Of a stretch of DNA of 64,000 nucleotides, positions 12,101 to 22,760 are shown piece after piece. Position numbers and translations under genes: made by a program. Each line of letters begins with the position of its first letter. The stretch's first letter is position 1. Location of the stretch: contig OZ365113.1 of assembly GCA_977030845.1 (NCBI GenBank), forward strand, positions 38,316,001 to 38,380,000. Reading direction: 5' to 3'. The notes under the pieces are model-generated. The model saw only the letters and a list, made by a program, of their open reading frames with translations, did no database searches and was not told the origin of the DNA. Origin of the DNA: Fimbriosthenelais zetlandica (taxonomy: Eukaryota).

Positions 12101-15100
12101 TATTATATCAACTTCTCGGATCAAATCGTGGATGACTTGAAGCTTGAATTTCCAACACTGGTAGGCCTATCTAGACTGAACTAAGCTAGGCTAGTTATAA
12201 TTTCTATATTTTCCTTGTTTTTGCCTCTACTATTGGTAATAATTTTTGATATAGTGGAGCAGGTGGTGTTTTAACCATGTCTATGAGCAGCTCTAACCAG
12301 GCCTGCATGGGTGTGATATGCAGGGTGGCCTGGATGCATCTACATGTATTGATCCATTGACAAGTCTCCCTATATTGGATAGGGGAGCCATCTGGTCCAC
12401 TTCCAGCTGGGTGTGAACTAACTCGTAACCTGGCTGGAAATGCATCAGTTCTGGCTCATTAGTGAATCAGCATGAAAACTAGCAGAAATCTTCTGCCCGC
12501 AATGATAACAGTGAGGGATCGTGTTTCCCCATAATTTATAAGGCAAAAATATGAAAAAGGATGGGGGTTTAAATTAATGAATGTTTCCGCTGACATTTGG
12601 TCAGAAGATGAAAAGAACAATCGCGCTGGATTTATTCTCCAATATGTAAAATGGAACTAATGCATCAATGTCCACCCACACATTTCCTCAAACCATAAAG
12701 AAATCCTAAAGGAACCCTCCCACACACATCTTAATATGAAGTTACCATCGATTTTTCCTTCTCAAGGCAAGTGTACTTTTTGTTCAGTGACAGTCCTTTC
12801 AACACTGAACATCTGAATCTAATATGAATCTAATTCCAGAATACCTTTCTATTCAAATAGAAAAAATTAAGAAATGTTGAAACTCCACAAGGTCTAGACC
12901 TAGAAAGCAATCCAATCTATACCTCATTTCCCCCTAGTAACTTTCCATGTACCTCGACTCAAAATATTTTTCTTGCATTTTGATGGTTTGGTTATAAGTT
13001 AAGGGTGAATGATGGGGAGTGTGATCCCCCCTGATTACAGTGGCTCTGCCTCCTGATCCGCCCGCCACCCGGGCGGGAAGCCTGTAGTCACACCCCGGGC
13101 ACCCGGGAGGTGTTAAAGCCCACAGAGAAGTAGTGGTACTAACCAATTCACAGAGATTGCTCTATTTCCCGTTGTTTAGCTGCAGGCGGGAACAGGTCCC
13201 TTATGGAAAAGAAATAGCGATCGACAGGCAGATGTAGATCAGGGGCTGTGTCCCTCTGGGGACATGAGATGTGGTGGGCAAATCGATGGGAAGGGAGGAA
13301 TGTAGAATTGAGGGACTCGGGCAGGTAGCATGATGGGTATTGGAGGGACTGGTGAGCAACTCCTGGAAATGTGCTTGTCTTACACTATTCATGTCCAGAT
13401 TAAGGACGAGAAGTGGCAGAGTGAGACATCGTTGATCAATATATCTCCAGCCAAATCTGAGTTTACCTTATATTTTCTGCTGATTTCCCCTGGGGATTTT
13501 GGCCGATATTATGGGTAGGAAATATAGTTCTGTAAGAGGCTTTTAAAGGGTTGAATCTACAGATTTGTGAAAAAAATCTAAAATTCAAGCAGAATCTCAG
13601 AGGTAAAATATTTAGAACTATCACAGTTCCATACAGATATTTGATATTTCCAGATCTCGGAGGTAAAATATTTAGAACTATCACAGTTCCATACAGAATT
13701 TTGATATTTCAATAGATTTAACTTTATGATATAACTGCACATAGGAATAAGTGTAAAATTAGGTATGTAGAATGACGCACGTACAAATGTCTGACATGTA
13801 GTACATTCAAATTCCCAATTTGCCACATAATATATAGCCGCAATGTTAAACTATCAATCTTTGGCTGTTTCAGAGCCATTTAACAATAGTTACTTAATGA
13901 TTCAGTCTCTATGGGGGGTTTAGGAAGGTTCATTTTACTGGGTCTTCATACCAAACTAACAAATCATGAATGGTTTGGAGCAATGATAGCACCTGTTAAT
14001 GGGGAATGAGCAAGGTGTGACCAGACTAAATGAGTATAATAAAGAGCCCTTAGTCAGTAGTAGGTTAGATCAACGATGGATGAAGTAAACTACACAATAG
14101 GTATATAGTGGTATTGATCTATTGACTGTGGAGGAGAGGCTAGGACCAGCCATGGTGTGCACGTAGTCAGTGGTTAGAATAGCTTAAGTAATGTAGAGCC
14201 TGGCTTAAAAGTAGGTCCCTACCAACCCCTTCCACAGACAGGGAATCCTGAAAATATTTACTAGGCCGCCGGGGATTTATTTAATCTCTGAGATCAACTC
14301 TAAAGTCTGTAAATCGTACGATATGAACATATTTTTACTATTATCTGAAAACTTTCTGTTACCAAACCTAGTACTGATGGAATGGTTGACAGGGTAATGT
14401 ATAATCCGACGGTTGGTCGGCTTAGTGTATGAGGACCTTTAAGTATTGTACTAGAGAGACTGCCTAATGGTGGATTATGAAGCTCACAGCTTGAGACCTG
14501 TGAACATTCATATAATATATAACCCCCTCCCACGGGAGGGTTTATCACTCACCACTTACTGCCCCCTAGACGACAGTACTTTACGGGCTGGGATGTTCAT
14601 GTGAACAGGTGTTCTAGTTCCCTGTTTTAATACGTTATAACGTTTTGTAATATGGACGACTATGTGTCATGGATTTTCATTTCAGCTGTGGCAGGTGTTC
14701 TGGTTCAATATATCTATTTGCCATGTTCAGATATTTCTTTTCAGTTTGAATATACATGTCTGCCCTACAAAGTCAATTTTCCATCAAATATTTTTTGTCA
14801 AATTCAAAACACGTCATTTCTTCCAATATGTCATCTCAAAACATTATATATTATGAGAGTATTATGATAATATATGGGAACACTATATGCCAGCAGGTTA
14901 TATAATTATAATATATAAGGGAGGCATGTATCTAGTTCAATCTCATATTGCCATCAAGCTTAAGGTTAAATATTCTGGCGATGGTAAAGGAGCTGCAGAG
15001 ATAGCAATCTGTAGTGAATCATATTTCTCAGACCACGACCAGATGCTTCAATCATAGGTCGGCAACCTCTGATCTGAGCGAGATCAGAGGAGGCACATAT

Positions 15101-16097
15101 AAGCCTGGAATACACTGAACCGACTACACAACTGACCCAAGCATCCAATCATGCTGGCATGGCGTTAAACCAGTTACTCCTTCAAGCTAAGAAAACCAAA
15201 TACAGAAAAATACAAAAAAAGCCTATGGTACCATGGTAAACTACTCTGGAACAATCTACCATACGATACAAGAAAAATCGAAGACTATGACACGTTTAAA
15301 TCATTTACTAAAAAGCTGATGTTAAAAAAAACTCTAGATCACTGTAATTAAGTTTCAAATCATGATAGCCTCAACTTGATCAAAGTGATAACACCTCATT
15401 AACCAACATCCCATCTCATCTCATCTCACCCGTTTCTTCTTTTTTTTCCCCAATATGTTGTTATATATATACTATGTTTGTCTTTCACTTTCATTTTCCA
15501 ACTGAAGAAGTCAAAAAATTAGTGTTACATTTATATAATTATCTCCTTTTCCTATTGTATACATACGGATAACAAATATTACCTTGCAACAATTACAACT
15601 GGATATTTTGAAAACCTACTTACTGTAGAAAATTTCCAGAATAATTCAAATAAAAAAAAAAAAAAAAAAAAAAATTCACTATCCATCCATCCATCCATCC
15701 ATTCATTCATTCATTCATTAATTAATTCATTCATATCATGGTATGAAGTTCAACCACGCTCAATGCAAAGAAATAAAGGTTTAAATTACAAGGCTATTAT
15801 CTGCAGGGATATAAAAATATGAAACATAAAACATCATAATTACATGGTCACTCATTATAACAGATATCAAATCAGTGCGGACTAGCCCTTAAGCTCGCAG
15901 CTTCACTGGAAAAATAATTTATAATCATACATGAGGGATTCACTTGGGAGGAACAAAGCCAGGAGGAATTCAATACCACATTACCATGATGATCATAAAA
16001 ACAGGGGTAGGGGACCATACAGATAGACAAGCGGGAGGATGGTGGCTGTGACTGCCTGCATCAACTGCATACACAGTTTGATGGTACAGCCTCCCAA

Positions 16098-16128
<31 letters not shown>

Positions 16129-19100
16129 GTATCCATCCTCCAAGTCAGCATACATGTGTATGTACCTAGTCGCCAGCCAGATCTATGAATAGGCCAACCC
16201 ATGCAGACAGAATATCACTGACACACCGCCTGCCATCTCCCCCTTCCCATCTCTGTCATTATTGTATCGAAAAAAATGTTTTAACACATTTACAAATGTT
16301 GATGCCCGACGAAACGGGAGATATATGGAGGAGGAAAGATCGATTCTATAGGGGTGTGAGGGGTCTGAAAATAGAGCCCCAGGTTGTGCAGCAGTGGAGT
16401 GTTGGACTTTTTTTGCTGGCTTGAAAGTTTTGTCTCCATCGTCAGTGTTATTTCACCGATAGAATGATGGAGTAGGGCTGTCACAAGCCTACAATTTGTA
16501 AATATATTGATCAGCCATCAAGTCGAATGCTATCATCAGGCTGTATATTGCCAAGGAAAGCAATTTACGTCCAATGTTCAATTCTGGTGGCATTATTACA
16601 TCCCCTATCGGACTATATATAGTTCACAGAGACAATGATTTATGAATGTGATATTTTAATTTAACTGCAGACTGAATTTTTTGTGGGGTGAAATTACAGT
16701 AAAACAGTAAATATTGATTCATTGGATATGCTGGTATCTGTTTAATTTCTGGTGGTCAAAATGACAACTTGTGAATTTCATATCACACTGCACTGTAAAT
16801 CAATATTTGAATTAACTGTTGCCATCATGTCAGAAAATAAAACTGCTAGAAATACTAGTATAACTTCATTATATTGATAGCAAAATTATATTAATTGATA
16901 GGACCAATAAGCAATATGGATCCTCTCTTTAGGTTCGACTTAAATAGCACACCAAAATATGGGAACTCTCCCTGGGGTAGCAGGTGTCTTGTTCTAAACT
17001 AGGATTGCTGGGATCGAGAGAGAAAGGGAATGAGGTGGGGAGCAGGCAGGTGACATTTCTGGGGGAAATCACTCATGCTTGGATTACTGCGTGTACATTC
17101 TTAGGCAATACATCAAAAAAAGCCCGCATGCACCGTGACAATATGAACATGAATGAGGTAAAACTTGGATTCTACTGTAAAATGGCTTGAGAAAGGAACT
17201 GCCTTAAAAATTGCGATGGAATTACACCACTAAAAGAGAACAGGGTCTCTTATAGTATACATTTTGGAACCTTATTTGCTGCCATTATTATTTTTTCAGT
17301 GTAGATTCCTGAATTATTCGCGAGCAGTAATTATATATATTTATTTTCCTGAAAATGACTGGTACCTGGGCCATGAGGGTTCCATAATGAACTCCAAAAA
17401 TAATCAGAAACATTTCAAGACAAAATCAGTTATCGAGATAGACACGGAATTCTTCCGTTAATTTTAATGGCAGCAACTTTTCAAATCAAATGGGGGGAGG
17501 GGAAAACGTCCTGTCAATTAAATCCTTGGGCAGACATTAAAAATGGGAGAGCAATGAATCATGATTTGACATTTTCCTCGTCAAGCAAGACGGCTCAATA
17601 CTTGCGTTCATTAATAATTGGAAGAGATACACCCACGATAAGGCAGCCACATAGTATTCAACATGATATTAGTAAAACGGGCCTTCCCGGGGAACTTTAA
17701 ATAATTAAGAACCGGCAGAAAAATTAAAAACCTCCCATGCATTCAAAACAAGATACTCCATCTTGCATGAGGACTTTCCACAAATTGCCTATTCGGGGCA
17801 ATATTGATGCTTTTGTGATTTTGACAAAGAAAAGGCCTTTTAGCCATGAAGAAGTGGCGGTTCTCATTCAGATGTCTTTTTCTGCCTTTGTTACACGGTT
17901 CCGTTTCTTAATTGGGAGCACGATTCCATTTCACTCTGTAGTGACACTGGCCGGAAGAAAGGATTTTCCTACATTACCAGCCAAAGAAAATAGGAATCGC
18001 TGGAAAGGGGTGGGTCATTATTTAGAAACTCTTTCTAAACTCCCATCTTTCCAGCAGGATTTCCTTTTATTTTGTTGTGAATTCCCCACAGCTACAATTT
18101 TAAATCAATATACCTTCATTTCTTTGAAAAAATATATATTTATCAGCGTTGGATATATAGCAAAGTAAGTGTATACTTCAGAATTCAAGACCTGGCATTA
18201 TTATGGATAATATGGAGATACAGTTGTATATTGTCATATATGACGAATACACAAAATGCAAGTCCTCATGCCTCACATTATGCATGGCCATGGTATGAAA
18301 TTTAATACAGTGAATGGCAGCCCTGGGTAGTCCCCACGAGAAACAACTAGTTATTGATTGCCTAACACCGGTACTGATAATTTTGTAGTGGGAGAATGGG
18401 GGCTTCGGGATCCGGGGTGTATCAGGGTTTGTGTTAGAAGCCGGGACCCGAGGAATATTCCTCGCCTACTTTAGTCATTGGACTCGGCTACTCTGTCAGC
18501 ATCAAAAATGTTTTTCAACCGAGACATTTTCCCAATAATACTGCCCTAACCATAATTATCACCTCTATCTTGAAATTTCAAAGTCTACAGGTCATTTTAA
18601 TGTTGTTTTCAAGTTTGTGTTTTCATTTTCGGCCACTAAATTTTTGTTCTTCTAAATGTAGCCTAGATTGATATCTTTGATACCATAATAAAGCTAAGGT
18701 AATGGCACTTACTGCAGAGATTCCATCTCATTCTCTTACCCGGCAATGCTCCTCCCCTCCCCCTTGATTTTCTGCCCCTCTCTGGGTTACTACATATACG
18801 TCAGACATTTTTTTTCATAGGGGTTGACAGAGAAAAGTGTCCAGAAATGTTCTTAAAAATCCTTCCAGAAGCTGAAGCCATGAGCTTCCGGGGGCTTCGC
18901 CCCCTGGGCCCCCACAAAGGGCTCTGTCACTGGCCCCAGTAGGCCTAGGCTCCTAAGGCGGCACCCCATGCAGGCGATTTTCCGATTCTTTTCCCAGTTT
19001 AGATTCTTTTGCTAAGTTTAGGCCTACTGACATAGTGCGTTACTCTAATCTATTTTGAAATATCAAAAATAGGCCTAGGCCTATAGAACATAGATTGATT

Positions 19101-21693
19101 TGAGAAAACAATTTTATTAAGGGCAACCAAGTGTTGGTAAGGGCGACCATGGATTTATAGTATAGGTCGCCCTGCTTAGGGAGTCTGGCTGGACCCCTGC
19201 AATAGGCCTACCTAGGGCTAGGCCTACTATTTCTGGTCATTTCAATTTATGCCTCTATATGTTCAAATAACTAGTAAAACCCCGCTAGGCGAGTTCACAG
19301 GCATCAGTCATTTTCTGCCCAGGTGCTGGGAAATTGCATCTCCGGGCTTCTAGATTTCAATTTTTTTCAGTTAGGCTATATCATGACGGTGCCTATTTGT
19401 CAGTGAGCCCAATGCTAGGCCTATTCTATAGTGCTGTCTCATTGAGGTATCATGCCACCAATAGGCCTACCTAGGCTAGGCCTACTTTTTCGGATAAGCC
19501 TATTTTCAATTAAGCCTATGTCTCTATGTTCAAATACCTAGTAAACCCCCGCTAGGCGAGTTCACAAGCATCAGTCATTTTCTGTCCCAGGTGCCGGAAA
19601 ATCGCATCTCCGGGTTTCTAGATTTCAAAAATTATTTTTTTTACCCCCCGGTGGGTGCCTACGGCGCTATCATTTACCCCCTTCCGCACTCGCCAGCCCC
19701 CCTCGAAAAAATCCTGGCTACGGCCCTGATAATTGCCTGGACAATTAAAGCAATAGGCTATCTCCTGTGGTGCTAACCCAAAAGAACTGATAAAAATATC
19801 TGGTATAAAATACATCAATATATGTTTCGTTAACTGTGTTTTGGGCTCATGAATATTTAGTTAATGTCAGTCCAATTTATGCAGGGGATAAAACCCCTAA
19901 ATTTCGAGTTCGGGGCCCGCCTACTTCGTTCAATAAATCGTCTACTCTAAATCTTAACAAAAACCCTGTGTATGGGTGTGTGTCTAGTGTTCAGGTTAAT
20001 TATTATGGATAGAATGACAAAGGAAATCTAACCTTGACACAGGTAGGTGGATATAGATGACCTGAACTAACGGCCAATGATTCGTGAGTGTATCACTGGC
20101 TTTTCCTTAAGAATTGAAAGTTGGGGTCTTACGAATCAAAATATCGACCTTACATGCCTTAATATGGCATACCGTACCTTTCATTATGTAGCCACGTCTC
20201 ACTATAAAAGTCAAAAAATGATCAGTGGATGCATGATTATTTTAATTATCATCACTGACCTTTCCGTAAGAATTTAAAGTTGGGGTCTTTATTGGTTCAG
20301 GAATCGACTATTGTATCGACCTTACAGGTAGATTAAAATGACATACAGTACCGGTACCTTTCATTTAATATCGACGGGTTACTATAAAAATCAAAATGAT
20401 CACTGAGTGAAGATAGAAAAGTAAGTCATGATAGACCAGCGGTCAAGATTAGGTGGGATTAAATGAAGCAGAAGTAAATCGCTGAATACACAATCCCTGT
20501 TGTCTGCACTTGTCACAGCAGAAACTTCTCACATGTTAACACAGTATAACTTCAAAGGAGAAGGGCAATGAGAGGGAAAGTCAGAGCTCACGTGAAGGCT
20601 TTAAGACATGTGTATTTAGCCTGTGAGAAACCATTATACTATGTACACCTGCCCTAGGCATATTATAAGGCACTGACTTAAGGCATGTCCACAAGGATTA
20701 TGGGCAATCATAACACTGGCTTTGAGGAATTAAAGTTTAATCTGGCATTCTAAACCCCCTGATTACCATGGATTAGTGCAAGGATCTGCAATGATCTTTG
20801 AAAATAATGACAGTTTTAGACTTAGGCAAGTCTTGAGGACTTGTGATTAATATCTTTTGAAACTGCCATAGAGAGATACACATAATTTTCAAAAGTAAAG
20901 AAAATCAAATACATATGAAAATGTTAGTCTCACTTAAAATTAAATTAATAGCCTCATAAGCCTACTGACAGGTGGTACATGTAGGTCCTAAAACCCTATT
21001 AAAAATTATGTTGTTGACTTCACTACCGTACAATACTCAATAGGCCCACAGATAGGCCTTATCATATAACAAACGATAGTTTCTCTAAGTAAAGACGATG
21101 ATATGAAGTGACAAGGAAATCTTTGCCACATCAATGTCAACATGACATTGCGTGATGGCATCAGTAGTAGCAGTCAGTCTCTGCCTCTTCTCTTTCTCAG
21201 CAGACTAATCATGCACGTTCACTGCCAGCCCACTGCGTGTTTACATTGATGGCCAACCCAATACACTCCCAGCTCAATGCATCCAAACATAAGGCCAATT
21301 ATTCTTCCCAAAGCAAAACCCGCCACAATGCTCCTCATTGTATATTCATAAAATATGAACATGCAATTGTTTCAGACTTGAGAGAAAAATATATGCATAC
21401 CACGAACAGCGGTAGTATATCAAATGAACGGGGAGAGATGCAAAGGCACTGCACCCAGCCAGCAGCCGATCTCCCCTTAGCCTTACGAGCGGCATCCCGA
21501 CCACATCCCGCTCCCTTTCCGATGCTTATTCCAACAGATCAGAAGTAATATTTACAAAATAAACCGCAGATCTGAACGTTATTGAATAATTAAAGTCTAC
21601 TCACATGGCTAGATCCGGCCATTGGCCGTGTATCCGACATAAGAAGGAAAAGAGTTGCAGCAAGACAAGGGTAAGGACTCCCGTGGCCGCCAT
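164..21693 (-). CDS. CACNA2D: Voltage-gated calcium channel alpha2/delta subunit (alpha2delta-1/2-like), 5' portion; gene continues beyond the left edge
   Basis: Coding exons (minus strand): 21693-21605 ([29 protein letters not shown], signal-peptide-like), 2352-2271, 1623-1507, 1099-1040, 866-731, 611-480, 272-164. All have GT..AG ends and compatible phases. The spliced product contains [35 protein letters not shown] and [27 protein letters not shown], matching the alpha2delta Cache/VWA-start motifs. Confidence 0.96.
1143..1497 (+). repeat. (GGAT)n/(GAAT)n microsatellite blocks filling most of CACNA2D intron 3
   Basis: Perfect GGAT runs at about 1296-1358 and 1417-1484, with degenerate copies from about 1143 and a GAAT run at about 1358-1372. 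These generate the spurious MDGW/IHPS ORFs. Confidence 0.97.
3682..3877. mobile_element. Non-autonomous DNA transposon (MITE), 196 bp
   Basis: Perfect 13-bp TIR CAGGGTATAATTT (3682-3694) / AAATTATACCCTG (3865-3877), flanked by the direct repeat AATGC (3677-3681, 3878-3882). Internal 12-bp hairpin at 3809-3839. Confidence 0.85.
3990..4070 (-). mobile_element. Degenerate tRNA-derived (SINE-like) head
   Basis: On the minus strand, A-box-like TTACTCAGATGG (4057-4046) and B-box GGTTCAATTCC (4014-4004) are 31 nt apart. I could not fold a complete cloverleaf. Confidence 0.4.
4150..4853 (-). mobile_element. Possible highly decayed LINE endonuclease remnants
   Basis: Short minus-strand peptides TFIDLTLC and GGGLVYV...[10 protein letters not shown] resemble APE-endonuclease motifs. 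Frames are broken by stops. Confidence 0.3.
7183..7314 (+). repeat. Degenerate ~21-22-bp minisatellite (~6 units)
   Basis: Units such as aggaccagtcttgcctataag, aggacctattattgcatataac and agggcatatacttgccta. Confidence 0.55.
13594..13713 (+). repeat. Tandem duplication of a 60-bp unit (2 copies)
   Basis: atctc(a/g)gaggtaaaatatttagaactatcacagttccatacaga...gatatttc recurs at 13594 and 13654 with few mismatches. Confidence 0.92.
15181..15674 (+). mobile_element. 5'-truncated LINE (CR1/L2-group-like) 3' end with poly(A) tail
   Basis: Frame from 15181 reads [42 protein letters not shown], the typical LINE ORF2 C-terminal LWNxLP...FK motif. It is followed by an AT-rich tail, AATAAA (15649) and A23 (15652-15674). 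Confidence 0.75.
15681..15734 (+). repeat. (CCAT)n/(TCAT)n microsatellite abutting the LINE poly(A)
   Basis: atccatccatccatccatccattcattcattcattcat directly visible. Confidence 0.9.
16097..16127 (+). repeat. (CT)n microsatellite
   Basis: ctctctctcctctctctctctctctctctct directly visible. Confidence 0.9.
19201..19628 (+). repeat. Dispersed direct repeat, two ~160-170-bp copies (19201-19360, 19460-19628), within a cluster of interspersed-repeat fragments
   Basis: Shared blocks: aataggcctacctagg, tgttcaaata.ctagtaaa.cccgctaggcgagttcaca.gcatcagtcattttctg, gcatctccggg.ttctagatttcaa. CAGGG-type termini occur nearby (about 19196 and 19725). Confidence 0.85.
20108..20405 (+). repeat. Degenerate direct repeat, two ~120-140-bp copies
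   Basis: taagaatt.aaagttggggtctt...tatcgaccttaca...gtacctttcatt...actataaaa.tcaaaa..tgatca at 20108 and 20267. Confidence 0.75.
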
Positions 21694-21904
21694 CTTTGTT
21701 TCTAAAAGTGTCGTCGATGCAGCTGCCTCGTTTTCACCTAGCGCTCGAAATGACTTTTCTATTTTGGATGTGGCCAAGGTATGGAGCGCCACTCCCGGCT
21801 CCTCCGCTCCGCGTTACCGTTGGATATTACACTCCATGTGGAGTATAATATCTCAGTCAATTGTTATTAAAATTAATTATGAATTTTAAATAGTTTTTAT
21901 CCCG

Positions 21905-22760
21905 TTAGGCCAAGGCCTAGGCAATGAGCTGAGTAAAATTGATCTAGTCTATAGACTACCGGGGTACCTCTATAGAGGCCTTATGTTTGGAAGGCTTTTG
22001 GACATTTAGCCTAGGCTAGAGGCCTAAATAGTCCGTACGTAGGCCTATAATCCTGACTAGATCACAATAATTTAGGCCTAAAACTAAAAGTCCATAGGCT
22101 ATCTTAGGCCCTACATAATAGCTAGGCTTAGGCCCTACTCTATTTACAATTTTTAAACTCCAACTATCCTTGCTTTTACCCCACATAGGGCCTATATGGG
22201 GGGCCGTTAAATACCCGGTAGTCTAGGCCTATAGGCCTACCCCGAGAAGCTAGGGCCTATAGGCCCAGCTAGGCCTACCGTAGGCCTAACTATAGGCCTA
22301 ATGTTGGCAGGGTACCGTACTCACAGGATTTTAACCTAGAATGTATCTAGAGGCCTAAAGCATCTCAGCACTTAACTGGAAAATATAGGCCTAGGCCTAC
22401 TAGGCTAATGTTACACACAGCTAAATGCTCAATGGCATTGCATTTCATTGGAAATATGCATACTTAGCCTATATTTCAACAACAGTTCGGCCTATAGGCC
22501 TATAGGCCTAGGCCCATTGATTTGGAATTTAAGCCCTAGCATATAGGCCTAAGCCAGGCTAAACAAAAAGTGTTGGCCTCTAGAGGGCAATCATGGGCAT
22601 GCCAGCAGCCATTAGGCCTATTCTTATATCGATTCTTTCCCCTCTAGACCTACTTCTCTGAATTAGGCCTACTTCCCTTCCACTGTCCTTATTTCTTTAT
22701 TAAATTTTGGTTAATTTATAATTCATTCTTCTATCATTCTGTAATAGGCCTAGAGCCTAT
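21905..22760. repeat. TAGGCCTA palindrome-rich tract upstream of CACNA2D
   Basis: Well over a dozen AGGCCT hexamers in ~850 bp, often overlapping (taggcctaggccta, taggcctataggccta). Confidence 0.85.

Noticed and set aside
13040-13110. GC-rich stretch with gcctgtagtc...cgggagg resembling the 7SL/Alu 5' end
   Set aside because: Only two short words match, spacing is wrong, and no SRP S-domain follows.
14966-15148. 60-aa ORF vaguely like a LINE reverse-transcriptase tail
   Set aside because: Similarity too weak in any frame to call.
17737-18168. 143-aa ORF in CACNA2D intron 1
   Set aside because: No recognisable domain, intron-like composition, and no splice context.
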